In this document: piece by piece, positions 9,817 through 19,480 of the stretch
Layout of the letters: each line of letters opens with the position of its first letter
How positions within the stretch are numbered: position 1 is the first letter of the stretch
From: Nitrospinota bacterium
Lineage (GTDB): Bacteria; Nitrospinota; Nitrospinia; CAJXCL01
Reading direction: 5' to 3'
DNA: 51,758 bases
NCBI GenBank assembly: GCA_036011265.1
Contig: DASCNB010000011.1
Location: 1-51,758 of the forward strand
Program-made: the position numbers and the translations under genes
The notes under the pieces: model-generated
What the model was told of the DNA's origin: nothing
Database searches by the model: none
Seen by the model: only the letters and a program-made list of their open reading frames with translations

Positions 9817-10032
9817 TATTATTTTGTCTTCATTTATGTCAATTCAAGCTTACTCAAAGAACTATATAAGAATAGTAAGAGGTTAAACTAATTAACAAGG
9901 GAGGATCAAAGAACTCATAAAAAAATGATAATTAATAAATGGTAAAACTTCAAGAATTTTATTTTAGCAATAACCGATTTCAAAGACGCTGGAACATCAC
10001 ATTTGCAATTGAGAATTACTTAATAAATGATA

Positions 10033-11154
10033 TTATTGTAATGAATTCTCGACAGCTTTACAGATAAATTCAATATTTTCGTTATTTAATTCAGGGAAAA
10101 TTGGAAGAGATAAAATTTCGCCCGCACATTTTTCTGCGAGGGGAAAATCTCCTTTTTTATAATTCAAGTTTTTGTACGCTTTTTGAAAGTGAACAGGTTT
10201 TGGATAGTGCACACTTGTTACGACGCTATTTTCCAACAATTCTTTAATTTTCTTTCTTTTTTGGGTTTTTATCACATATAAATGATAAACATGCTTAGAA
10301 AATTCCTTTTCGACTGGAGTAGTTACTTCTGTATGCTTAAGCAGTTTATTATAAAGTTTTGCGTGTTTCCGCCTTTTATTATTCCACTGATCAAGGTACC
10401 TTAATTTAACACCCAACACCGCAGCTTGCAATTCATCAAGCCTGCTGTTAAACCCACATATTTTATTGTGATATTTTTTTTCTTCTCCGTAGTTTCTCAA
10501 CATTATTAATGTTTGAGCAATTTGCTCGTTATTTGTTGTAATCATTCCTCCATCACCATAAGCTCCCATGTTCTTTGTTGGATAAAAACTAAAGCACCCT
10601 GCGTCTCCTAAAGAACCAACCTTTTTGCCCTTGTATTCAGCGCCGTGTGCCTGGCAAGCGTCTTCTATAACTTTCAAATCGTATTTTCGAGCAATCTCTA
10701 TTATAGGATCCATATCCGCAGGCTGCCCATAGAGATGAACAGGAATCACTATTTTAATCTTCTTCGAGATTTTTTTTTTTAAAAATTCTTCTAATCCACA
10801 GGCAGACATTGTGAACGTTTCCGGATCAATATCTACAAAAACCGGTTTCGCATTAGCAGAGTTAATGGCAGCAATCGTTGGTACAGCAGTATTAGGAACG
10901 GTCACAATTTCATCACCTGGTTTAACGCCAGAGGCAAGCAAAGATAAATGTATTGCTTCTGTGCCTGAACCTACTCCAACGCCGTATTTTGCTCCACAAT
11001 ATTTTGCGAAGTCATCTTCAAAAACCTTCAATTCATTTCCTAAAACAAAAACACCACTATTTAAAACTCTAAAAATAGCCTGTTCTATTTCCCCTCTTAA
11101 ATTGTTGAATTGTTTGGTTAAATCAATGAAAGGAATCTTATTCATAGTTACCAA
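10033..11154 (-). CDS. DegT/DnrJ/EryC1/StrS-family PLP-dependent sugar aminotransferase (ArnB-like)
   Basis: 373 aa. [17 protein letters not shown], and the PLP-lysine context [16 protein letters not shown]. The true start may be the MNKIPF Met at 11145. Confidence 0.85.
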   Translation of the reverse strand: MVTMNKIPFIDLTKQFNNLRGEIEQAIFRVLNSGVFVLGNELKVFEDDFAKYCGAKYGVGVGSGTEAIHLSLLASGVKPGDEIVTVPNTAVPTIAAINSANAKPVFVDIDPETFTMSACGLEEFLKKKISKKIKIVIPVHLYGQPADMDPIIEIARKYDLKVIEDACQAHGAEYKGKKVGSLGDAGCFSFYPTKNMGAYGDGGMITTNNEQIAQTLIMLRNYGEEKKYHNKICGFNSRLDELQAAVLGVKLRYLDQWNNKRRKHAKLYNKLLKHTEVTTPVEKEFSKHVYHLYVIKTQKRKKIKELLENSVVTSVHYPKPVHFQKAYKNLNYKKGDFPLAEKCAGEILSLPIFPELNNENIEFICKAVENSLQ

Positions 11155-12149
11155 TAATGCTGTTTAAATTTTTTATAATAATTTATGGACTCTTTTAAGC
11201 CTTCCTCAAGTCTTATTTTGGGTTTCCACCCCACAGTATTTTTTATTTTACTAATATCAGAAAAAAAATTTCCCGGTTCCTGTGCGGCTCTTTCAGTCGA
11301 GAACGGAGAAAGTTCCCATGATCCAATACCTGCTAGATCAATAATTAATTTAGCTAACTCAAGGAAGCTGGAAGGTTTATCTATTCCAACGTTAAACACT
11401 TCTCCATAAGCTTCTTCGCATACAGCACACATTATAATTGCATCTACGGCATCATCCACGTAAAGAAAATCTCTAAGAATAGAACCGTCTCCAAACACTT
11501 TAATTACTTGATTATCTAAAGCCTGGCGTATAAACCAGTTTGCGACACCAAACCGACTATGTTTCATCTGAGCCCTTTTCCCATAAGTATTAGTTAACCT
11601 GAGCGTCATAGACCGAATTCCAAGATTATCATTATAAATTTTAAATAGTCTTTGTGCAGTTAAACTCGTCAATTCATAAACACCTTTAGGGTTTATAGGC
11701 GCATCTTCATTAACGGGGAGCTTTGTCGCCGTCCCATATTCACCCCGTGTTCCGGTATAGATCAATTTTGTATTTTTATTATATTTTTTACACGCTTCCA
11801 GGAGTACAACGGAACCTCTGACATTTATATCTATATCCGGGAATGGATTTGTGAGACTTAAAACATGGTCATTTTGACCTGCCAGATGAAAAATATAATC
11901 TTTATTTCTAACAATGTAATGCATACTGTTTTCATCTCTTATATCGCTATAATTAACATTAACTTTATCTTTAATAGATTCGATATTAAACGAGTTCCCC
12001 CCGAGACCGTCAATCATTGCATCCAATAATGTAACTTTAGCGCCTAATTCAACCAGCCTAATCGCAAGGTTGCTTCCTATAAAACCTAAGCCGCCAGTAA
12101 TAAGAACTTCTTTATTTTTAAAAAAATATGAGTTAATTAAATTATTCAT
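11148..12149 (-). CDS. extended-SDR NAD-dependent sugar epimerase/dehydratase-like protein with an atypical active-site motif
   Basis: 333 aa. [12 protein letters not shown] Rossmann motif. At the expected YxxxK position the sequence reads [11 protein letters not shown] (Y-x3-S), which I re-read from the DNA. Confidence 0.7.
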   Translation of the reverse strand: MNNLINSYFFKNKEVLITGGLGFIGSNLAIRLVELGAKVTLLDAMIDGLGGNSFNIESIKDKVNVNYSDIRDENSMHYIVRNKDYIFHLAGQNDHVLSLTNPFPDIDINVRGSVVLLEACKKYNKNTKLIYTGTRGEYGTATKLPVNEDAPINPKGVYELTSLTAQRLFKIYNDNLGIRSMTLRLTNTYGKRAQMKHSRFGVANWFIRQALDNQVIKVFGDGSILRDFLYVDDAVDAIIMCAVCEEAYGEVFNVGIDKPSSFLELAKLIIDLAGIGSWELSPFSTERAAQEPGNFFSDISKIKNTVGWKPKIRLEEGLKESINYYKKFKQHYW

Positions 12150-13111
12150 TTTTTATTCTTGTCTTGATGTACTTCACGAATAATAAATTGAGGAGTTTGA
12201 TTACTGCTTAAATAAAGATGTCCAAGATATTCCCCTATAAAGCCTAAAATAAGAAGCTGCACACCAGAAAAAATCAATATAGCTATAGCCATAGACGGCC
12301 AGCCAAGTGGTATGTTTGGAATTAAAAACAGTTTTTCAATAACCACAACAATACTTAAAATAACTCCTAACAGGCTAAAAAATAAGCCGAGCAAGGAAGC
12401 AATTCTTAATGGAATTATTGAAAAATTCAATAACATATTGAGCCACAATCTAAGCATTTTTTTTAATGTATAACCGGATTTACCTGCTTTTCTTTCCGAG
12501 TGACGGACTTCTATTTTCCCTATATTTCTGGAGCATCTCAATGCTAAACCATCAATATAGGGAAAAGGTCCTCTATATTTGATAATTTCTTGAACAACGA
12601 AACGACTGAGACATTTAAAACTAGAGAGGTAAAGACCTTTAGGTTTGTCTAACATAAAATCAGCTATCCAGTTATTAAACATGCTTACCATATTTCTATA
12701 CCAGGAATGTTTTTTTCTTTTATAGTAGGAATAGACAATATCATACCCATTTTCTGAAGCTTCGTTTACAAGTTTAATTACCTCTTCAGGGGGATTTTGA
12801 AAATCATCGTCTATGATAACCACATAATCTCCATTCGCATGATTGAGCCCTGCCATTACAGCATTGTGTTCTCCAAAGTTTTTTGAAAGATTAACATAGG
12901 TAACAATAGAGCTATATCTTGAATAAAGGTTCAGACAAACACTGTGGCTATTATCACTGCTATCATCATTGATCAGCACAATTTGAACATTTAGATCATT
13001 CAATATAGTTACCAGTTTTTCCACTAACTTGTCGATAGTATCTTCGCTGTTATAAACAGGAATAACTATTGAAATAAGCATAATAGAGACCTTTATAAAA
13101 ATATCGTTCAA
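12146..13111 (-). CDS. GT2 polyprenyl-phosphate glycosyltransferase (ArnC/GtrB-like) with two C-terminal TM helices
   Basis: 321 aa. IVIPVYNSEDTI, LINDDSSDNS, IIDDDFQNPPEE. C-terminal hydrophobic helices LLNFSIIPLRIASLLGLFFSLLGVIL and MAIAILIFSGVQLLILGFIGEYLG. The likely start is the Met at 13081. Confidence 0.75.
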   Translation of the reverse strand: MNDIFIKVSIMLISIVIPVYNSEDTIDKLVEKLVTILNDLNVQIVLINDDSSDNSHSVCLNLYSRYSSIVTYVNLSKNFGEHNAVMAGLNHANGDYVVIIDDDFQNPPEEVIKLVNEASENGYDIVYSYYKRKKHSWYRNMVSMFNNWIADFMLDKPKGLYLSSFKCLSRFVVQEIIKYRGPFPYIDGLALRCSRNIGKIEVRHSERKAGKSGYTLKKMLRLWLNMLLNFSIIPLRIASLLGLFFSLLGVILSIVVVIEKLFLIPNIPLGWPSMAIAILIFSGVQLLILGFIGEYLGHLYLSSNQTPQFIIREVHQDKNKK

Positions 13112-13311
13112 TAATTAACAAATGTACTGCAATCTCTCTTTTCTGATGCATTGCCTTGAGACGCTAACAAAGTTTAAATGTCCATAGATTCCCGATCAAG
13201 TTAGAAATGGCAACTTTATGCCTGAAATGGTAACTCTCTATTTCTTGTCATCCCGTATGCTTTTTATCATTCTCTCAAAAGCAGCAGCCTAACTTGCTTT
13301 CAGTCAGATTT

Positions 13312-14829
13312 TCACGAAAATTGTTTGGTAAACTCATCAATTCGCGACTCCTTATTCAATAATTTCCATACAAGACTCCAACAATATTTTAAAGTATTCC
13401 TATCTATTTTAGGGTTATTAAACATAGATCCTTTTGACCAACCCATATCATCCCAGTTCCATGAATTAGAAAGTTGGCCATTAGCTATGCATTCATCGTA
13501 AAGAGCGGATCCAGGAAAGGGTTGAACCATAAAAAATTGGCACGCAATCATGCCCGCATCTATTTGCTTTTTAGCCAGCATAAAAGTGTTAGTTAGTTCA
13601 TCAGCCTCTTCGTCCGGATAGCCTATCATAAAATTACCGTCAGCAACTATTCCAATTTTATTTAATTTCCTTATTAAGTCTAAGGTGTCACATCTTTCTA
13701 TGTCCCACTTTCTCCGCGAGTATTTGTCAATAATTCTTTGCGTTCCTGATTCAAAAGGCAGGGATATTTTTCTAAACCCTGCCTCGTAAAGGGCATGTAT
13801 TAATTCCTCATCGACAACATACTTCCCATTCTTTCGCTTGAATAGATTTATAATGTTTACTCCGTTTACGTCCGCCAATTTGAAGGAATAGTTATTCAGT
13901 ATTTTCAAGATATTAAATACTCTTTTCTTGTTTGTCAAAAAGGAGTCATCATTAATATAAAGATAATTAACACCAATATCTTTTAGTTTAACAAATTCAT
14001 TTTTTATTCGTTCAACTGAATGAACTCTAAAAGAACCTATTTTGCCAGCCTCACCTCCCTGTTCATTTGATATATGGCAGTAGTGACATTTAAATGCACA
14101 TCCTCTTGATGTAAACATGCTGGCATACTTTACTAAGCTATCATTTTTCATCCATCCTTCCCTGCCTCCCCAAACTCTGCCTATTTCCCAGTATTTTTGA
14201 TTCGGTAATTTTTCCCATGACGGCATAGGAATTTTATCAAGGCTAGAGATAACTTCATTTTCTGGATTAACAATGATTTTGTTATTATTTTTAAAAGCGA
14301 TTCCCGATATCTCAGAAAGAGGAGGATTTTCTGAATGAAGAAAGTTTGCAAACATCACAATAGCTCTTTCCCCTTCAGAGAGAAAAATGAAGTCAAATCC
14401 ATTTTCAAAAAAATGCTCTTTGAGGGTTCTTGCATTGCATCCACCAGCAATAAGTATTTTCTCCGGAAAATTATTTTTAACCATATTGCTTATTTCAAAA
14501 CATCTTGAAGTCTGCTGTGTAAATATTGATGTTATTGCAATTACATCAAAATTACTTACCTCTTCTATAATTCTGCTCTGGGACATTCCTATTCTAGACA
14601 ATAAAGGAGAAATCTTTTTTTTTTGATAAAAGGTATCCTCCAACCTGTCGTCAGGCGTTCCAACACTCATATCTAGGATTTGTGAGTGGAAACCCGCATT
14701 AGTCAACGCAGCATCCAGATATGCCAGAGCAAGGCTGCCATCGGGTCTTATCATCTCCTCAGTTCTAAATTGTAATGGAGGCAACACCAACAAAAACTTA
14801 GGATTTTTAATTTTAAATTTCTTATTCAT
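13312..14829 (-). CDS. B12-binding-domain radical SAM enzyme (class B) #2
   Basis: 505 aa. N-terminal B12-like domain (FLLVLPP...LALAYLDAALTNAGF...DVIAITS), then TSRGCAFKCHYCH. Confidence 0.8.
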   Translation of the reverse strand: MNKKFKIKNPKFLLVLPPLQFRTEEMIRPDGSLALAYLDAALTNAGFHSQILDMSVGTPDDRLEDTFYQKKKISPLLSRIGMSQSRIIEEVSNFDVIAITSIFTQQTSRCFEISNMVKNNFPEKILIAGGCNARTLKEHFFENGFDFIFLSEGERAIVMFANFLHSENPPLSEISGIAFKNNNKIIVNPENEVISSLDKIPMPSWEKLPNQKYWEIGRVWGGREGWMKNDSLVKYASMFTSRGCAFKCHYCHISNEQGGEAGKIGSFRVHSVERIKNEFVKLKDIGVNYLYINDDSFLTNKKRVFNILKILNNYSFKLADVNGVNIINLFKRKNGKYVVDEELIHALYEAGFRKISLPFESGTQRIIDKYSRRKWDIERCDTLDLIRKLNKIGIVADGNFMIGYPDEEADELTNTFMLAKKQIDAGMIACQFFMVQPFPGSALYDECIANGQLSNSWNWDDMGWSKGSMFNNPKIDRNTLKYCWSLVWKLLNKESRIDEFTKQFS

Positions 14830-14857
14830 GGTATTTTTATTGTGAATTAACTTTCCT

Positions 14858-15640
14858 TTATTTTTTAAATTGTGCAGATAAGCTTATATATTTTTTTTTT
14901 GAAACCGCAAAAAAAGCTTCCGCATATTGAAATGGCTGACCTGATACAATCGCCCTATATCGATTTAGCCCTCTTGCTAAATCTATTAAATCAGTTTCAT
15001 TTGTTTGTGATTCATGGCATTTTATGGCTGAAATTTTCCTTTCCATAAATGGAGTTATATCAACAATGTAATTAGGGATAAGAGTCGACCACAATTCATA
15101 ACAACAACATAAAAAATCCCCATTATATTGATTGGCTGCAAGGGCAAGAATTTTTGCTGTGGCCCTATGGTCAGAATGGTTTTCCATAAAAAAAGGAGTA
15201 AAAACCATGTCCGGTTTTATTTCATTTAAGCGAGAAAGGACAAAATTTACAGCATTTTTGTCAGGCTTTAAACGAAAATCATGATAACCAAGAAAATGAC
15301 TTTTTTTAATCCCAAGTTTTTCACTCCCCTTCAAGGCTTCATTTCGTCTTGTTGTAGATATCTCGTCCGACTCAACAGCACCGCTTTTCTTACCATTTGT
15401 AAGAAAGATTGTTTCACCATAATACCCTCTTTCTTTAAGAACAAACAAAGTTCCTCCACAACCGAGTACATCATCGTCCGGATGGGGCGCAACGACCAAC
15501 ACCTTTTTAACGTCATCAAGATTTAGAGGGGAAGGTGTTGTGGAACTCAGGGATCTAAGAGTGCTGTAATAAGAACCAATGATGCCATCTCTTTTAATTC
15601 GATAAAGATTAATGAAAAGATTATATATTGATGTCTTCAA
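14858..15640 (-). CDS. PIG-L/LmbE-family N-deacetylase
   Basis: 260 aa. VVAPHPDDDVLGCGG zinc-site motif and downstream HSDH. Confidence 0.8.
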   Translation of the reverse strand: MKTSIYNLFINLYRIKRDGIIGSYYSTLRSLSSTTPSPLNLDDVKKVLVVAPHPDDDVLGCGGTLFVLKERGYYGETIFLTNGKKSGAVESDEISTTRRNEALKGSEKLGIKKSHFLGYHDFRLKPDKNAVNFVLSRLNEIKPDMVFTPFFMENHSDHRATAKILALAANQYNGDFLCCCYELWSTLIPNYIVDITPFMERKISAIKCHESQTNETDLIDLARGLNRYRAIVSGQPFQYAEAFFAVSKKKYISLSAQFKK

Positions 15641-15867
15641 TTATTCGATAACTCGGAAATAATTTCAATTGCGCTTTTTATACTTAGCATGCTCGTAATT
15701 TCATCCATGGACATGCTAACTTTGAACTCTTCTTCAATCGCGGAAACTAAACTAATATGAGCCAGCGAGTCCCACTCTGGTAGGTCATCCATCGATGTTT
15801 CTACCGTAATTTTTTCCTTTTTTACGTCAAGTACAGAAGAAAAAAGATCGATTATTTTTTCAGTCAT
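15637..15867 (-). CDS. acyl carrier protein #1
   Basis: 76 aa, acidic, with phosphopantetheine-site pattern EWDSLAHISLVSAIEEEF. 4-nt overlaps on both sides. Confidence 0.8.
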   Translation of the reverse strand: MTEKIIDLFSSVLDVKKEKITVETSMDDLPEWDSLAHISLVSAIEEEFKVSMSMDEITSMLSIKSAIEIISELSNN

Positions 15868-18119
15868 ATTTTGTCAATCTCAATAAATTTCATGCTTTTA
15901 GGTTCGTAATCAGAAACCCCAATGCTGTAAAGCTTGGCGTCATTTTCAGTGCCCGCCGGACTAAAACCAAAGTCATTATAAAAAGATTTTACTATAGAAT
16001 TTTTCCGTGTACGAATATACCTCCCCCAGACTTCCCGTACTCCGTTTTTCGTTGCTTGCCCTATAATGTAGTCAAGAAAAAAATCTTCTAACTTCCTCCC
16101 CAGTACGCGACAACTCATAAGAAATGTGTCTAGATACCAGCAATTATCTTCTTTCTTATTTATAATGACCCCTACTATTCCGATATCACCAAAAATATCT
16201 TTTACTTTCAATCCATACACGTCTGATGAGGATGCCTCGGCAAGACATCTAAGCTCTCCCTCAGAGTACCGTTTTGTCGTTAAATTAAACTGATTTGTTT
16301 TATTAATCAGTTGCGTGATTCTTGGCAATGTAAATTTATCCGCTTGAAATATATGAGCCTTCATTTTAAGTGTTTCAAGGTATTCTTCAAGAGTTTGAGT
16401 GCTCTCCTTCAGATATTTCCGTTTAATCTCTCCCATGTACATTTTGCCACGTTTTTTGTCTTCTTCCGTTAAGTAAAGTGTATCGAGATCGTTTAATTTG
16501 TTAAGGACCTCTGTATATCCTGAAGGGTCTTTCGGCATCTCCGGCACGAGTACTTCCGGTAGTTTGTCTCTAATTAATTTTCTCTCGGCAGGATTGTCAT
16601 CTACAAATATAAAACTATCAAGATTTAAGTTGATTTCCTCTGCGATTTCTAACAAATTATCAACTTTGCTTTTCCAGTTAATTTTCACGCATGCGAAGTG
16701 TTCTTCGCGAAGTATCATATCAGGGTGGTCTCGAATCACCTCTATTGCGTCGTCAAAGTTGTTTTTGCTGTTGATTGCAAGGATAATTCCCTTGCTAAAG
16801 TAACTTTTTAACAGCTTTTGAAATTCTACATAGGCATTCCCCGGTGGTTCGATCCCCAGTTTTATATTTTCGAAACCATCTTCTCCGACAATTCCTCCCC
16901 ACAGGGTATTATCCAAATCCAAAACTATACATTTTCTGTTTTTAAATTTTATTGCTTTGACGAATCGCATGTAATCTCTAGCAATAAACGGCATTGCCCG
17001 CGCGGCAATCTCGACTTTAGCCAAAGTTCTTTTTGTTTCATCTGCTGCAAATTCTTTACCAACTTTAGACAAGGTGCGTTCCGTATCAACAATCTTAATT
17101 TTATTCCCATGTTTTCTGCAAAGAGACAAGAGCCTTTTGTTAAGATAGTTAACAACTCTTTCCTGGCTGTTTTTTTCCATCAAATCGTTAATTGAAAAAG
17201 GAGAATAGGTTGGAAGGGTAAAACGGTTAATCAGGATGGTTGCTTTCGAATTGTTTGCATAGAAGGAAATTGATTTATCAAGGGTATCAAACCTATCCCT
17301 TGCAAGTTGCCAGAGTTTCCGAGTCTCTATTTCGCAAAGTTCGTAATACAACTCGCTAAAAAATTGTCTTGTGTGAATAGCTAACAATACAATATCAGGC
17401 TGAAAACCGTAAAGACCACTGTAAAGATCGAGCATTTCCTGATTATACATGTCGTAACCTGCCTTATAAAATTCAGGTTTTATGTTTATTAAACGGCATT
17501 CCAGCTCGAGGTAGATTTCGATTTGGTCAAAAGTAAAGTTTGAAAGTAAAGCAAACTTGATTTTATTTTTATCAGCATTGTCGGTTTTTCGAGATATTAT
17601 TTTTTGCAAGGCATTGCGATAAGCTAAAGGCGAGTTTGTGGAAAGCGTTAGTTTTCTTAAAACATTAACAGCATGCAAGGGTTTTCCATCGAAATCAAAG
17701 GCGTCAAATAACGCGCAATATAGTTCTATGTTATCCTGGAAACGGTAACATCCTTCCTCCAGAATAGAAATCGCATTTTTAGTATCACCTGCCCCATTAA
17801 AAGATTTTCCCAAGAGAGAAAAATACTCAGCGTTATGCTTGAAATCCGCACAGAGACTCTCTAAAAATCTCACTGCTTTTTCATATTTTTTTTCATTAAT
17901 TAAAGTTTTTGCGAGATAAAACACAGCAGTTCGCATTTTACTTTTTATTTCAGGATCACTTACAACTTCATCTGCCAGAAGGGCCATCAAGTTTTTTTCC
18001 GCTTCACTAAAAAGCCCTTTCTCTATCAAATCCTCGATAGTCAAAAGAATTGTAAAGGAAGAAATCTTTTGTTTTGTTTTAACAGTGAGGTTGGTATCTT
18101 GAGGTAAAATATCTTTCAC
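15864..18119 (-). CDS. FkbH-like HAD-IIIC phosphatase/glyceryl-ACP loading protein with an N-terminal TPR-like region and a C-terminal GNAT-like domain
   Basis: 751 aa. HAD motif I VLDLDNTLWGG, FVDDNP. The C-terminal FLMSCRVLGRKLEDFFL region is typical of FkbH-family proteins. The first about 190 aa are helical repeats. Confidence 0.7.
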   Translation of the reverse strand: MKDILPQDTNLTVKTKQKISSFTILLTIEDLIEKGLFSEAEKNLMALLADEVVSDPEIKSKMRTAVFYLAKTLINEKKYEKAVRFLESLCADFKHNAEYFSLLGKSFNGAGDTKNAISILEEGCYRFQDNIELYCALFDAFDFDGKPLHAVNVLRKLTLSTNSPLAYRNALQKIISRKTDNADKNKIKFALLSNFTFDQIEIYLELECRLINIKPEFYKAGYDMYNQEMLDLYSGLYGFQPDIVLLAIHTRQFFSELYYELCEIETRKLWQLARDRFDTLDKSISFYANNSKATILINRFTLPTYSPFSINDLMEKNSQERVVNYLNKRLLSLCRKHGNKIKIVDTERTLSKVGKEFAADETKRTLAKVEIAARAMPFIARDYMRFVKAIKFKNRKCIVLDLDNTLWGGIVGEDGFENIKLGIEPPGNAYVEFQKLLKSYFSKGIILAINSKNNFDDAIEVIRDHPDMILREEHFACVKINWKSKVDNLLEIAEEINLNLDSFIFVDDNPAERKLIRDKLPEVLVPEMPKDPSGYTEVLNKLNDLDTLYLTEEDKKRGKMYMGEIKRKYLKESTQTLEEYLETLKMKAHIFQADKFTLPRITQLINKTNQFNLTTKRYSEGELRCLAEASSSDVYGLKVKDIFGDIGIVGVIINKKEDNCWYLDTFLMSCRVLGRKLEDFFLDYIIGQATKNGVREVWGRYIRTRKNSIVKSFYNDFGFSPAGTENDAKLYSIGVSDYEPKSMKFIEIDKI

Positions 18120-18136
18120 AAAAAACTATCCTTTTT

Positions 18137-18889
18137 CTACATCATAATCATACCTCCACATACAGGTAAATTAATACCTGTAATGTGGTTTGCGGAATCA
18201 GAAGCTAAAAATAATACAGAATTTGCCACGTCCTCAGTAGTGGTATTTTTTTTCAAAGGAGTTTGTTGAGCAAACATCTTCTTCATTCGTTCCGGAATGT
18301 GAGAAGTAAAATCGGTTTCCGTCAATCCCGGTGACACCATATTCACAGTCACACCATGTGATGCAAGATCCACTGCCAAGCTTTTGGAGAGCCCTATCAT
18401 TGCGGTTTTTGCCGTAACATAATGTCCCATTTTTTGCGGAGGAAGCCCCACTGAATACTGACTAACAATGTTAATTATTCTACCAGCTTTCTTTTCCACC
18501 ATTCCCGGCGCAAATGCTTTACTGCAATAAAATGTGCCTTTGACAGCAGTATCTATCTGTTTTTTTAGGTCCTCCCAGTTCAAGTCTAAAATAAATTTTG
18601 CCTCTATGGATGAAGACGCATTATTAACAAGGATATCAATACCTCCAAATCGTTTTTTTATGTCCTCTGCCATTTCGTTTACGTTTTCTTCATTTGCAAC
18701 ATCTGCCTTGAAAAGAATACCTTCGTTCCCCAATTCCTGTATTTTTCCTAAAGTTTCATTCGCGGCAGCCTCATTTTGACAATAATTGACGGCTATCCGG
18801 CAACCATTTTCTGCCAGTTTAAGTGCAATTGCCGCCCCTATGCCACGACTTGACCCTGTAACCAGAGCCGCTTTATTCTTTAATAACAT
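18137..18889 (-). CDS. FabG-like 3-oxoacyl-ACP reductase (SDR)
   Basis: 250 aa. VTGSSRGIGAAIA, NNAS, S...YVTAK. Confidence 0.8.
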   Translation of the reverse strand: MLLKNKAALVTGSSRGIGAAIALKLAENGCRIAVNYCQNEAAANETLGKIQELGNEGILFKADVANEENVNEMAEDIKKRFGGIDILVNNASSSIEAKFILDLNWEDLKKQIDTAVKGTFYCSKAFAPGMVEKKAGRIINIVSQYSVGLPPQKMGHYVTAKTAMIGLSKSLAVDLASHGVTVNMVSPGLTETDFTSHIPERMKKMFAQQTPLKKNTTTEDVANSVLFLASDSANHITGINLPVCGGMIMM

Positions 18890-18897
18890 TTAATCTT

Positions 18898-19320
18898 CTA
18901 TGTATTTGAGTTTTCTATTCCCGTCATAACCATTGCATTTCCGTCGATCAATAATATCTCATCTTTTTTGACGGACATTTTTAGAGTAAGGATTTTCTGT
19001 GCTTCCTGCTTTTTAATTATTTCTCCAGAAACTTCCACAGTGTCTCCCACAAAAACTGGTTTTCTGAAGTTAAGCTCCTGTGTTAAATAGAGCGCTCCTT
19101 CTCCAGGTATGTGCATACCCACAATAGTAGAAAAAAAAGAAGCCAAAAGCATCCCATGACAAACAGGTCGTCCGAACTTTGTATCAGACGCAAAAATTTC
19201 ATCATGGTGTATTGGGTTACGGTCTCCCGTAACTCTCATAAATTCTTCAACTTTATCTTTTGTAACTGTAACTTCGAATTTATGCTTCTGCCCAACCTCA
19301 AACTCATCAAATTTACCCAT
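18898..19320 (-). CDS. MaoC-like (R)-specific hydratase/dehydratase (hot-dog fold)
   Basis: 140 aa. GDRNPIHHDEIFA....GRPVCHGML. Confidence 0.8.
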   Translation of the reverse strand: MGKFDEFEVGQKHKFEVTVTKDKVEEFMRVTGDRNPIHHDEIFASDTKFGRPVCHGMLLASFFSTIVGMHIPGEGALYLTQELNFRKPVFVGDTVEVSGEIIKKQEAQKILTLKMSVKKDEILLIDGNAMVMTGIENSNT

Positions 19321-19480
19321 TGTACAAACTTTCTTTCAATTATTCGGATATATGATATTTGTTCGAGGGTTGCGAGATAAAAAGAATTAATTTTAACACA
19401 TCATAAAGCATTCATAATTATAAATGTATTTTATAATACTATTATTCCCACAGCCACTATTAAAAATAAATGAGAGGAAT

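Noticed and set aside
15637-19320. Fatty-acid synthase or polyketide synthase fragment (ACP, FabG, MaoC)
   Set aside because: No ketosynthase, acyltransferase, enoyl reductase or thioesterase occurs anywhere in the window. The ACP is chained to an FkbH loader and a sugar deacetylase instead.
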